28,347 bases of DNA from a virus (Duplodnaviria > Caudoviricetes): positions 1 to 28,347 of IMG/VR virus record IMGVR_UViG_3300027820_000416; one strand, written 5' to 3'. Shown here piece after piece: positions 9,725 to 19,416 of this stretch (position 1 is its first letter; each line of letters begins with the position of its first letter). The notes below the pieces were generated by a model that had not been told where the DNA came from, did not search any database, and worked only from the letters and a program-made list of their open reading frames with translations. The position numbers and the translations under genes were made by a program.

Positions 9725-11725
9725 ATGCCATCGGCACGGGAAATCAGAGCGGGGGCCGCTTACATCGAGCTGTCGACGAAAGATTCCGCACTGGTCCGAG
9801 GGCTGGATAAGGCGGAGAAACGGTTGCGGGGTTTCGCGGCTGCCGCAACGGATCTGGGCAAGCGGTTTGCTGTGTTGGGATCCGCAATCACTGCTCCGCT
9901 GGCCGCGTCGATTGTGCAGTTCGGCAAGGCGGGGGATGCGTTGAATAAAATGTCCGCGCGGACGGGCGTGGCCGTGCAATCGCTGTCCGAATTGAAATTT
10001 GTGGCAGAGCAAAACGGCGCGGCGATCGGCGACGTGGAAAAGGGCCTGAGAGGGATGGTCAAAACGGTCCGTAATGCGGATCGCGGTCTCTCAACGGCGT
10101 CCGATGCGCTCGAGGCAATCGGCCTGTCCTCTAAGAAACTTGCCGGACTCAGCCCCGAACAACAATTCGAGGTGATCGCTGACGGGATCGCGGGAATTGC
10201 CGACGACGGCAAGCGGGCTGCCGTGGCGATGGAAATCTTTGGACGGGCGGGATCGGCATTGCTACCGACGTTGCAAAGCGGTTCGGCGGGAATTGCGCAG
10301 TTGCGAAAAGAGGCGCGGGATCTGGGTATCACGATGGATGGTGAGCAGGCCCAAGCCGCCGCCGATTTTACGGACGCTTGGAACCGCATCACGCAACAAT
10401 TGCGGGCAGCCGTCATTCAAATCGGCGGGGCGTTGGCTCCAGCCATTACAAAAATCTCTTCCGTCATCACGCCGGTCCTCAAGGGTGTGATCGACTGGAT
10501 CAAACAAAACGGCGAACTGATCAAATTGGTGGCGGCTGTGGGGGCTGGATTGCTGGCAGCCGGTGCCGCTCTGATTGCATTCGGTGTCGGGGCTACCGTG
10601 GCGGCAACGGTGCTGGGTGGCATGTCAGCAATCGTTTCAGCCGTGGGCACGGCAATCGGTATCCTGGGGGGTGCCGTGACGTTTCTGCTGTCGCCGGTCG
10701 GCTTGGCCGTGATAGCAGCCACTGCGCTGACGGTGTGGCTGGTGAAGCTGGCTGCCGCGACGGAGCCGGTGCAACGGGCGATTGCCAGTCTGGGGGAAAC
10801 GCTGGGCAATCTCGCAGGGATCGCGAAAACCGCCTTCGGTGGCATCGCTGATGCCTTGGCAACAGGCGACATTTCGGCCGCAATCGAAATCGTCAAGTTG
10901 GGCCTCGTGGCCGCGTGGTATGAAGCGGTCGCGAAGATCCGTGCGCGATGGGCTGATTTTAAGGAATTCTTCCTCAATACGGTGGACGAAATCCGCACGG
11001 GGCTGGCGATGGGAATCGTGAACGCATCCGCGACAGTCGAGAGCGTGTTTGCAAAACTGTCGTCAAGCATGGCGGGCATTTGGGACAACTTGGTGACGAC
11101 GCTCCAGCGGACATTCATCGCGCTGCTGCCGACCATCCTGAATGTGATGAGTAAGGCCGTGGGGGCGATTCAAAGCGTGATCGGAATTTTCGATGAGGAT
11201 TTGGCCGCCAAGATCGGCGCGACGGCGACGGCATTTCAAACTTTGGGTCCATCACTGCAACGCGGAATCGAGGAAGGGCTAGAGCAGCGTACAAAACAGC
11301 GGGCGACCGACCGACAAAATCGCTTGGACCAGATCGAGGCGGGGCGGTCCGGCACGATCGATACGCTGGGTGACGATCTCAACGCGCGTAAGCAAGAACG
11401 GGGCAAATTGTTCGACACGCAACGCGATGCCGCCTTTGCGGATGCCAAAGCAGCCAAGGCGGAACTGGATCGCGCCGTGCAGGCGGCAGCCGATGCGAGG
11501 CAAGCGGTCGAGAATCAACGAGGAGAACAGATTGAGGCGGCTGGGTCGGCTGCCGCTGTGAGTGTGGGGCGTTCTGTGAAGTCGGTCGGATCACTGGGTG
11601 GATTTAGCGGGGCCGATGTCGCGCGAAACATCGGGCTGTCCGGATTCGGTGACAAGCAGGACGAAACGAATCGTTTGCTTGGAAAAGTCGCGAAAAACAC
11701 GAAGCAAAAGCAGAAGTGGAATTGA
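9725..11725 (+). CDS. Tape measure protein
   Basis: 666 aa Ala/Gly-rich helical protein, N-terminal IRAGAAYIEL, central hydrophobic segment, periodic W/F residues. Confidence 0.88.
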   Translation: MPSAREIRAGAAYIELSTKDSALVRGLDKAEKRLRGFAAAATDLGKRFAVLGSAITAPLAASIVQFGKAGDALNKMSARTGVAVQSLSELKFVAEQNGAAIGDVEKGLRGMVKTVRNADRGLSTASDALEAIGLSSKKLAGLSPEQQFEVIADGIAGIADDGKRAAVAMEIFGRAGSALLPTLQSGSAGIAQLRKEARDLGITMDGEQAQAAADFTDAWNRITQQLRAAVIQIGGALAPAITKISSVITPVLKGVIDWIKQNGELIKLVAAVGAGLLAAGAALIAFGVGATVAATVLGGMSAIVSAVGTAIGILGGAVTFLLSPVGLAVIAATALTVWLVKLAAATEPVQRAIASLGETLGNLAGIAKTAFGGIADALATGDISAAIEIVKLGLVAAWYEAVAKIRARWADFKEFFLNTVDEIRTGLAMGIVNASATVESVFAKLSSSMAGIWDNLVTTLQRTFIALLPTILNVMSKAVGAIQSVIGIFDEDLAAKIGATATAFQTLGPSLQRGIEEGLEQRTKQRATDRQNRLDQIEAGRSGTIDTLGDDLNARKQERGKLFDTQRDAAFADAKAAKAELDRAVQAAADARQAVENQRGEQIEAAGSAAAVSVGRSVKSVGSLGGFSGADVARNIGLSGFGDKQDETNRLLGKVAKNTKQKQKWN

Positions 11726-11729
11726 TTCG

Positions 11730-12548
11730 ATGCCAATCGTCATTGAAGAACGATGGTCAAGCCGATCTGAAGAAACCGGACCGGACGCAAAAGCGGAACT
11801 TGGCTACATTGTGACCGGGACTAATACACCTGCCGTTGCTCGGGCCGCGTTGATTGCTGATGAAGAAGCCGCGCCAAACATTTATGAGGATCTGGTTTTA
11901 CAATCGATCGAGTCAGACCGAATATCAAATGATGCATGCCTCTGTGTTGCCAATTACGGCTTGCTCAAACCTCCCCAACTAGGTTCGTCGTCAAGGTCAT
12001 TTTCGACGGGCGGAGGATCAAAACATATCACGCAATCAGTGCAGACACGGCACTCGATTTCGGCCAGCGGCACGGCGCCGAATTTCCGTCGATCCATCGG
12101 TGTGAAACCCGATGGTGTTGCCGGCGTCGATATCCAATCCTCAGATTTACGATTTCAGGAAACACATTCTCTCTCAGCGTTGGCGGTCAATGATTCTTAT
12201 GTGAAGACTTTGGCGAATCTTACGGGCTGTGTGAACCTCGGGCCTTTTCGCGGTTTTTCTTCGGGTGAAGTGCTGTTCCAGGGAGTGGGCGGCAGTGATC
12301 GCCAGTCGGATGAATCTGGAGTCGGGATTGTTGATTTGACGTTTTCATTCGCCGCCAAACCGAACGAATCAAACGTTGTTATCGCGCCGGGAATTACGAT
12401 ACCGACGATTTTCGGATGGGATTACGTTTGGGTCTACTATCAGGAAATCGAAGATTCTGAAAGCGAACGAACGGTTAAGGTTCCTCATTCCGTTTACGTG
12501 GAACAAGTTTATCCGGGCGGTGATTTCAGCAAGCTGGGAATCGGTTAA
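11730..12548 (+). CDS. Tail tip/distal tail-like protein
   Basis: Directly after tape measure; FRGFSSGEVLFQG and GWDYVWVYY motifs. Confidence 0.55.
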   Translation: MPIVIEERWSSRSEETGPDAKAELGYIVTGTNTPAVARAALIADEEAAPNIYEDLVLQSIESDRISNDACLCVANYGLLKPPQLGSSSRSFSTGGGSKHITQSVQTRHSISASGTAPNFRRSIGVKPDGVAGVDIQSSDLRFQETHSLSALAVNDSYVKTLANLTGCVNLGPFRGFSSGEVLFQGVGGSDRQSDESGVGIVDLTFSFAAKPNESNVVIAPGITIPTIFGWDYVWVYYQEIEDSESERTVKVPHSVYVEQVYPGGDFSKLGIG

Positions 12549-13306
12549 TGACGGGAGATCCTTTTTTACCGGTGAAACCTGGAGACGATTTCGTGCCGTC
12601 AGCCGCAGCCTGGAACGGGGCAATGGCTGCCGCGAAGTATGTTGCCGATCGCACCACCGGCAATAGTCCCGGTCGGGTTGGAACACGAGATGCGGGAGTC
12701 GTGCGCGTAAAAAATGTTGGATCTTTGGTCGCGAAAAAGTATTCGGTTGTTTCGGCGTCTGGTTTGTCATTCAATGCCCCACAAATTTCAAAACTGCCGC
12801 CGGAATCATTGGCGCTCGAAGTTCAACCGGGGGGAGAAGCATCTGATCCCGGATGGATGATTGCCCAAGAGGCAATTCTGATCGGTGAACACGGCGCGGC
12901 ATTGGCATCGGGTGTGACGTGGGCGAGGCTGTCTGTCACCGATGAGAATCAACGTTTTTTATTTGCCGATCCGGCATCCTCACCGACGGGTTTTCTTGAG
13001 CCGTCACCATTTGGTTCAGCACAGATTCTTTGGAAGCCAGAGGAGACCGGCGAGGTCTGGGGCGTGGTGCGCGTGGGGATGCCATCCGATATCATGTTGG
13101 CCGGTTACGCGGTGACCGACATTGCAAAAAATGAGTCGGGAATGGTGATGTTTGTCAATGACAGTAACGACACATTTCAAAAATCAGCGACCGCCGAATT
13201 GGGATCCGTGTCTGCTGGGAAGTTGTGTTATGTGCGGCGACGTCTCAAGTTTACTGCTGAGGCGACGATTTCAAGTCTGGTGATCGTAAATGCGGAGTGC
13301 GGATAA
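12548..13306 (+). CDS. Minor tail protein (hypothetical)
   Basis: Translationally coupled in the tail operon. Confidence 0.55.
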   Translation: MTGDPFLPVKPGDDFVPSAAAWNGAMAAAKYVADRTTGNSPGRVGTRDAGVVRVKNVGSLVAKKYSVVSASGLSFNAPQISKLPPESLALEVQPGGEASDPGWMIAQEAILIGEHGAALASGVTWARLSVTDENQRFLFADPASSPTGFLEPSPFGSAQILWKPEETGEVWGVVRVGMPSDIMLAGYAVTDIAKNESGMVMFVNDSNDTFQKSATAELGSVSAGKLCYVRRRLKFTAEATISSLVIVNAECG

Positions 13307-14260
13307 ATGGCAACGCGATACTATATCGGCAACGCGAAAGCCGACAAACAACTTGAGACCCTCACGGTCGGGGGAACAATTGAAACGACGGACGTTTTCA
13401 ATGTGACAATCAACGGGAAAACGATTTCGGTTGTCGGTGGATCAGCAACGGCAGACAACGTCGCGACCGCAATTGCTAATGCGATCAACGACAGCACCTA
13501 CCCGGAATTCTCTGAAGTGCGGGCCGTTGCCGTGGGCAGTTCTTCGGGGCAATTGACTGTCGAATCCAAGGTGGCCGGGCGTCCGTTTACCTTGTCGATT
13601 GAAACGACGGAGACGGGCGGCGGCGCGGCAGACGATCAGACGTTTACAAAGGTCACGACTACGGCGAACAAGGGGCCGAATGTTGTCAATGATGTGGACA
13701 ACTGGGACGGGCAAACATCATTGCCGACCGGCAGCGATGATATTGTTTTCGATCAGCCCGTAGACGTGCTCTATGAGTTGGATCATTTCGCGGCTGTGGC
13801 GTTCTCTTCGGTCACGGTCACGAGTCGGTTTATCAATGCGATTGGATTGCCGGAGAGAAACGCGGGCGGATATGACGAATATCGTCCGACGCATCTGCAA
13901 TTGGGGGCAACGGTGTTGAAGTTGGGAACGGGACAGGGAGCCGGATCGGGACGGTTGAAGTTTGATCTGCAATCGAACCTGATGACGGCGACCGTTTTCA
14001 ACAGCGGATCACCGATTGAGGATGGGATCAAATCCGTGCTGCTCAAATCGACGAACACATCTTCGGCGGTCACTGTGCATGGCGGATCTGTAGGGATTGC
14101 GACTTTTCCCGGAGAGCAATCGACGATTGCGTTGACGCAACATGGCGGCGACGTGGAACTGGGTTCGGGTGTGACTCTGGACGACGTCGACAAGACCGGC
14201 GGCACGCTGCGGGCCAACGGAGTGGCAACCCAGGCGAGTAAAACAATCACTTTGGCATAA
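13307..14260 (+). CDS. Minor tail/fibre protein (beta-rich)
   Basis: Thr/Gly/Val-rich 317 aa in the tail operon. Confidence 0.55.
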   Translation: MATRYYIGNAKADKQLETLTVGGTIETTDVFNVTINGKTISVVGGSATADNVATAIANAINDSTYPEFSEVRAVAVGSSSGQLTVESKVAGRPFTLSIETTETGGGAADDQTFTKVTTTANKGPNVVNDVDNWDGQTSLPTGSDDIVFDQPVDVLYELDHFAAVAFSSVTVTSRFINAIGLPERNAGGYDEYRPTHLQLGATVLKLGTGQGAGSGRLKFDLQSNLMTATVFNSGSPIEDGIKSVLLKSTNTSSAVTVHGGSVGIATFPGEQSTIALTQHGGDVELGSGVTLDDVDKTGGTLRANGVATQASKTITLA

Positions 14261-14273
14261 ATCGAGGCGCGGG

Positions 14274-15815
14274 ATGTTTGGCTGGGGTCTCTGTTGCTGC
14301 GGATGTGATTGGTACGATCCGTTTGAGGATGATCTGGGAGGTTACACGGACTATGAGTTCACTAATCCTCCGTCATCCGAAGCGCCGGAATTTACCGTAG
14401 ATAACGGTCAGCTATCACTTGTCAACGGGACGCCGAAAGCTTCAGGTTCATACTTTCAGACGGTCACGATCCCCGGCATTTCCGATCCTGACTTCTTTTT
14501 GCGAGTGACCTCCACCGTCTTTGATGAATCATCCGAATGGACGGGGATTTTCATCGGTCTTTTCACGGCGTTTTACGCAAGGTGGCACGATGGTGATTAC
14601 GACGTGTACGACGCGGATAGCAACGGCCAAATTGACACTGCGGGCGGAACGAGCATCACCGGTGTTCCCAGCGACGGCGACGAACTGGCCATTGAGCTTT
14701 ATCGCGAAGGGGGGCAGTGGGTCGTTCAATATATTATCAATGGCGTTATTGCCGGGAGAGAAGAAGGCATTACCCCCACTGGCTCGATCGGTGAGACTCT
14801 CAATATCGGTGTGATGGCGGATGAGGGCGGGAGTTGGGGTTTTCTGCAAATCGAATGCAGCGGCGAACCGACGCTGCCGCCGGACCCATGCGATGAAACA
14901 GACTGCATTTCATCTGGGGACGCTTGCATTACTGATTGCGATGAATGCACGGACATGCCGGGTGGCTATGCCGTGGACTTTGGTGGTTTGCTTTCTCCGT
15001 TGGGTGGCGAGACGTGCTGCTCTGAAGCGGGGGGATGGCACTTTCTCTCCCACGTTGGCGGTTGTGCCTACAGAAGCTCGGAATTTGAATGCGGTGGCGA
15101 TTCCGGTTCTTACTGGAGTTTGATCGTCAAACCGACGAATTCCGAATTGAAATTGGTGACGGTCGGCGGCGTGGAAGGTGACGACGTCGTGCTTATCTAC
15201 AGACGCGAAGCGGCGATTGAATGTCTCTGCCGCAATGCATTCACGAAGTACGATGAGTTTCCCGTGTGCGGTGACGGGGCGCCGGACGAGGTTTGCATAA
15301 TTCCCGTGACCGAAAACACGGATATGAGTTGCACGCAATGTTGTGTAATTCCCGTGGCCTACTCTGTAGATATTTCAGGGGTGGTTCCAAACGCGCAAGC
15401 GGGTTGCCAGGATCGATGCGACGAATGGAACAAAACACACGTTTTGAGACTCACATCCTCGACGGGGAATTCGATTTACTGGGTTGATGATGGAGGCGTT
15501 TGGCCGCCTGCTTCCAATCCTGCCATTTCCACGTGCTGTTGCTATAGCTATCTCATCTTTCAATGCGGTCTCAACATTGGTGATGTTTGGGCGTTACGGT
15601 TTCTCGGGGCCGACCACATTTTGAATCCGTACATCATCTCGGATATTGACTTTCGGGAGAACTGCCTTGGCACGCAGGTTTTGACAACAAACAGACCCGA
15701 GTTGGAAATTGGATACAACAAATCTTGCCAAAGCACGCCCGGAACTTGCGCATCTGGAACCAATGGCCGATGTCTCGGATTTCCACAGGAGCTTGAACTT
15801 GTCCCAAGATTCTAA
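14274..15815 (+). CDS. Cys-rich acidic putative tail/receptor-binding protein
   Basis: 513 aa, about 30 Cys, N-terminal CCCGC, lectin-like beta region, two similar Cys modules; RBS GAGG. Confidence 0.6.
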   Translation: MFGWGLCCCGCDWYDPFEDDLGGYTDYEFTNPPSSEAPEFTVDNGQLSLVNGTPKASGSYFQTVTIPGISDPDFFLRVTSTVFDESSEWTGIFIGLFTAFYARWHDGDYDVYDADSNGQIDTAGGTSITGVPSDGDELAIELYREGGQWVVQYIINGVIAGREEGITPTGSIGETLNIGVMADEGGSWGFLQIECSGEPTLPPDPCDETDCISSGDACITDCDECTDMPGGYAVDFGGLLSPLGGETCCSEAGGWHFLSHVGGCAYRSSEFECGGDSGSYWSLIVKPTNSELKLVTVGGVEGDDVVLIYRREAAIECLCRNAFTKYDEFPVCGDGAPDEVCIIPVTENTDMSCTQCCVIPVAYSVDISGVVPNAQAGCQDRCDEWNKTHVLRLTSSTGNSIYWVDDGGVWPPASNPAISTCCCYSYLIFQCGLNIGDVWALRFLGADHILNPYIISDIDFRENCLGTQVLTTNRPELEIGYNKSCQSTPGTCASGTNGRCLGFPQELELVPRF

Positions 15816-16209
15816 ACTCCCAGAGTGTCGTCATCGGAGAACGGTTTCCGATGATCGGCATTTCTGCAATTCAAATCGGCTGGTCAAGCTGAATGTTTTC
15901 GTAACAGATGAAGTTTGTCGCCAGTGCGCCGTTGCCGGCGGCTGCGATTTGCCGAACCTTACGGACGGTCGTGGTGCGTCGAATATGGCGCACGGGATGC
16001 TCTACGAACTCTCCAAGGACGCCGAGCATCTGGGACTGGGAGATATGATTGAGAAGCTCGCGAAGTTCACCGGCTTGAGCAAGCTCGCCGAAGTCTACGA
16101 GCGATTGACCGGGAAGCCGTGTGGGTGTTCAGAACGCCGGGAGAAGTTGAATAGGTGGAAGATTCGCGGTCTGTTTCGGGGTTTGTTTGGACGAAAACTA
16201 CCCGAGTGA
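15799..16209 (+). CDS. Cys-containing hypothetical protein with GLGD...CGC..R..KLN motif
   Basis: RBS AGGAG 7 nt before TTG 15799 (start uncertain); motif common in small phage proteins. Confidence 0.6.
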   Translation: MSQDSKLPECRHRRTVSDDRHFCNSNRLVKLNVFVTDEVCRQCAVAGGCDLPNLTDGRGASNMAHGMLYELSKDAEHLGLGDMIEKLAKFTGLSKLAEVYERLTGKPCGCSERREKLNRWKIRGLFRGLFGRKLPE

Positions 16210-16220
16210 ACTGAGGGGTG

Positions 16221-16808
16221 TTACGACTCAGACGAAGTCGATGCTTCGATGCTGGCCAATAACTCAGCCGTCTTCGTCATCGACAGCGACATATCGATCA
16301 TCAAATTAACGATCGATCCGAACGCGAAGAATATCAGACCGAAAACGAATCCAGCCGCCAACTGGGCGAGCGTTTGAGCCAATAAGATTATAGCGGCGAG
16401 GAACCCACCACCCGATCCCGTGGATATCGCGGCGACTCCCAATCCAGCCGTGATCAATGCCCCGAACCCCGCGAAAACCCAGATCAACAAAGCCACGATG
16501 TGCAGGACCGACGACACCACGGGAAGACCGTGCTTCGAACCCGTCTTGAAGATTCGCCGCTTGGGCGTTGAATCCTTCTCTTTTTCCACGACATGCGGAA
16601 TGGGTGACACTGCCGGAGGCTCATAGGTGTCGATCAATGGCGGGGTCTCTGGTTGCGAGACGCTGTATTCGCTCGTATCCGTCTCTTCCGCGGAGGGAAC
16701 GCGGATCGGCTCCGAGCAGCGCGGACAGGACAGAGTCTTTCCGGCGCGCGATGCACCGGCCTTGAGTGATCGTCCACATGCAGGACATTTGAACGCGATT
16801 GCCGTCAT
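16221..16808 (-). CDS. Zinc-ribbon plus two-TM membrane protein
   Basis: FKCPACG...CPRC N-terminus, Pro/acidic linker, long hydrophobic helices; purine-rich RBS before ATG 16808. Confidence 0.75.
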   Translation of the reverse strand: MTAIAFKCPACGRSLKAGASRAGKTLSCPRCSEPIRVPSAEETDTSEYSVSQPETPPLIDTYEPPAVSPIPHVVEKEKDSTPKRRIFKTGSKHGLPVVSSVLHIVALLIWVFAGFGALITAGLGVAAISTGSGGGFLAAIILLAQTLAQLAAGFVFGLIFFAFGSIVNLMIDMSLSMTKTAELLASIEASTSSES

Positions 16809-16961
16809 GAGGTGCCCCCCCTTGGGTTGTTTGTGTGCTGAGTTGCAACACTCCACCCTAAACCCAACGCAGATGCGATGCAAGCGGATCACGGATTCTC
16901 GGTCCTTTCCTTGTTGGAGAGAACCTCAACCAATGAGCGGCCGGCCCCGTTTATTTGGATA

Positions 16962-16997
16962 GAAAAACAGCCCGCACGATGTGGCGGGCTGTTTTTC
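16962..16997. terminator. Bidirectional intrinsic terminator
   Basis: GAAAAACAGCCCGC-loop-GCGGGCTGTTTTTC hairpin with A/T tails, just after the stop of 17004..17567(-). Confidence 0.8.
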
Positions 16998-17003
16998 GTT
17001 TTC

Positions 17004-17567
17004 CTAACGAAGCAATGACTGCTGTCGAGGAGTGAGAGTGTGGTTTCCGAAGTCGTTAGCCACATCCGTCAAAACGTCAACTCTGCACGAAACCCAGCGT
17101 CGAACCTTAACGGCGAAATGCAACGCCCGAAAAACAAACATCAAACATCGTACACAGATTCCAGAAACTCCAGTGAGAAACAGGAATTCAACAAAGACGT
17201 TTGTTGCTCTTTTAGAAGCCTTTGAAAGTTTTTCTTTCAGAGGTCCATCTTCCAGTTTGTCTATTTCGCGTTTTGTCTTTTGGTCACCATCTTCGTCATG
17301 AAAGCAGAGGATCATAGCAATGAACTGAAACGGTCCGATCGTATTCGTGAGTCGCATCAGTCCGTTCATGATGTTTCTGGTTTCTCGATAGGCTGGGCTG
17401 TCGAACGAAAAGTCTTGATCCCTCATAAAGTCAAACAGTTCATCGCGAATGAATCGAATTTGTGATCGACACCATTCAGCCCGTTGACGCCGGATGACCA
17501 AACAGTAAATCACCAACACAAAGACAAAACTGACCCAGCATTGAGCAAAAATGTAACCCTGATTCAT
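17004..17567 (-). CDS. Hypothetical membrane protein (accessory)
   Basis: 187 aa, N-terminal TM helix, AT-richer DNA, 4-nt overlap with upstream gene. Confidence 0.7.
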   Translation of the reverse strand: MNQGYIFAQCWVSFVFVLVIYCLVIRRQRAEWCRSQIRFIRDELFDFMRDQDFSFDSPAYRETRNIMNGLMRLTNTIGPFQFIAMILCFHDEDGDQKTKREIDKLEDGPLKEKLSKASKRATNVFVEFLFLTGVSGICVRCLMFVFRALHFAVKVRRWVSCRVDVLTDVANDFGNHTLTPRQQSLLR

Positions 17568-17986
17568 TTCGAGTCTCCCCTAGAGTGTTTACCGTCTACT
17601 GTAAGACCACTACCAGAGACTTCGGGATCGTGAATTTTCTCGAATTCTCGCAATCTTTTGTCCTTTTCATTCCTCTCTTTTAATCGATGGTGATGCTCTC
17701 TGAACAGGGCAAGTCCCATTGTTGCGGCTGCGCCCCATGCAATCCATACGCTCGTGTTGACGTTCGCGATGAATCCCTGTTTTAAAGAAACAGATGTGTG
17801 TTCCCCAGGTGCAACTGTGACTGGAAGGTAAAACACAACGTAAGCCGTGGAAACAAATGCCGTGCAGATTAAGAAGACTTTGGCAGTCTCCTTAAATGTT
17901 GACCATCTCTGTATGAAAGCCTCGTGAGCACGTTGTTTGTCGGCTTCACTTAGGCGTACCTGCTTGGTTCTTTTGCGCTTGCCCAT
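17564..17986 (-). CDS. Hypothetical two-TM protein (accessory)
   Basis: 140 aa, two hydrophobic helices and charged C-terminus; coupled to downstream gene. Confidence 0.7.
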   Translation of the reverse strand: MGKRKRTKQVRLSEADKQRAHEAFIQRWSTFKETAKVFLICTAFVSTAYVVFYLPVTVAPGEHTSVSLKQGFIANVNTSVWIAWGAAATMGLALFREHHHRLKERNEKDKRLREFEKIHDPEVSGSGLTVDGKHSRGDSK

Positions 17987-18365
17987 GATTTTTAAGATAG
18001 CTCAACGCTCATGCTGCCATCAAGTCAACACTTGTAGTTGCGCTGATCCCAACCCCAAGATTTTGTATCCGGATTCTGTGCGGATTGTGCTTGATATCCG
18101 ACCGTTCTAGTGTTCCAATGTTCACGAATGGTTAAGAAAGGCGTGTGACCATCTGGTGCGATGGTCAACGATAAGGTTCGCGGGATGCGGACCCGTGTTT
18201 GCTCCGCGAAGAGAGTAGCCACTTGCTGTCGGTGAACAGACAGCCTCAACGAGTAGTAGCTTCCTCGTTAATTCTTTCGGTCGGAATGCTCCGACCACTC
18301 CCGAAAACCGCGATCTCGCGTGCGATGATGCTGCGCGCGGATCGCTCATCCTGGAGACCTACACC

Positions 18366-18599
18366 GTGGACACCAAGAAAAAGATTCTGGACTACATCGA
18401 AAAGCACATCCGCACGCGCGGTCACTATCCCACGCCGAACGACATCGCCCAAGGCGTCTGGATGAATCCGGCTGCCGTTTGGTCCTATCTCTGGCAGTTG
18501 AAGATTCAGGAGAGAATCGCGTTCGATGACAGCAGCACGCATGCGGTCAAGCTGTTGCCGGTCAAGCCGGTGTTACCGCATCTCGGGACCGTGAAGTAA
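18366..18599 (+). CDS. LexA-type winged-HTH DNA-binding protein (no peptidase domain)
   Basis: KILDYIEKHIRTRGHYPTPNDIA...V..YLWQL matches the LexA N-terminal pattern; RBS GGAG. Confidence 0.75.
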   Translation: MDTKKKILDYIEKHIRTRGHYPTPNDIAQGVWMNPAAVWSYLWQLKIQERIAFDDSSTHAVKLLPVKPVLPHLGTVK

Positions 18600-18630
18600 C
18601 TGGGATGGTGAGCGGATGAGAGGACCGGAA

Positions 18631-18660
18631 TTGACAAATGTGCAATTGTGCGGGTATGGT
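18631..18660 (+). promoter_or_regulatory. Putative sigma70 promoter
   Basis: TTGACA-N18-TATGGT. Confidence 0.45.
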
Positions 18661-19131
18661 GTTCCATCTCAAAAAGCAGGACGCCGCCAGTGGTTGCACA
18701 CCGACGACGTCCCTAACCAGTCCCCTTGCCGAAACAAGGTTGTGGCTATGAAGTTTCATCGGCGTTACAAGCTGCGCCGTTCTCTTTCTCTTTCCCCGCT
18801 TTCGGGATCGTCAGAATCCGCGTCACCGGACTCTGAATCAAACCCCCTTGAGTTCGCTCGCCCACCTCCATTTCGAGTTGCGCTTGTGGGTTCATTCACG
18901 TAGCGCACGAAAAAACCACCACTCCGTCGCCAAACAAAAGTGGTGGTTTGTACGAAACCCGGCGTTGACCAGGGGGTTTTGCATGCGCACACCCTAACAG
19001 GAGTGTTGCGCGATGTCAAATAAAAAGCCTCCGCGCCGGAAAAAGTTTGTTTGCATTACCAAACGGCGTGCGGGGCCTCACCTGGACAGTTAGACCCGCC
19101 CGCCACTTTCTACCGGACACGGAGGGGCGTG

Positions 19132-19416
19132 GTGAATGATACACAGGCAAGCCCACATGGGCAAAGTGCCAACTGCGGGGTCGTGTTCCCCGACATCTTT
19201 TTCGAACATCTCGACAGCGAAGAGATTCCTTGGATCATGGATCAAGTCGGGCATCCGTGTTTGAATCTCAATGGATTTGCAAAGGTTTTTGGTTACAGCG
19301 AAGACTACATGAAAAAGCTGCCGGTTTCTCAGAGGCCGCAGCCGTTTCCCCGTGAAGGGTTTTACCGATACGGGGAGTTTTTGGAGGCGTGGCATCGTGC
19401 GAAAGTTGACATCTAA
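19132..19416 (+). CDS. Small putative HTH/excisionase-like protein
   Basis: RBS GGAGG; LNLNGFAKVFGYSEDYMKKL...FYRYGEFLEAW resembles a wHTH; overlaps the integrase start. Confidence 0.45.
   Translation: MNDTQASPHGQSANCGVVFPDIFFEHLDSEEIPWIMDQVGHPCLNLNGFAKVFGYSEDYMKKLPVSQRPQPFPREGFYRYGEFLEAWHRAKVDI

Noticed and set aside
14274-15815. Diversity-generating retroelement target in the tail fibre
   Set aside because: No reverse transcriptase and no template/variable repeat pair seen in the window.
16221-17986. Holin/lysis cassette
   Set aside because: Genes are antisense to the late operon and no endolysin is recognisable nearby.
18616-19019. ORFs 18616..18903(+) and 18765..19019(-)
   Set aside because: Low-complexity, mutually overlapping, no motifs; not supportable as genes.
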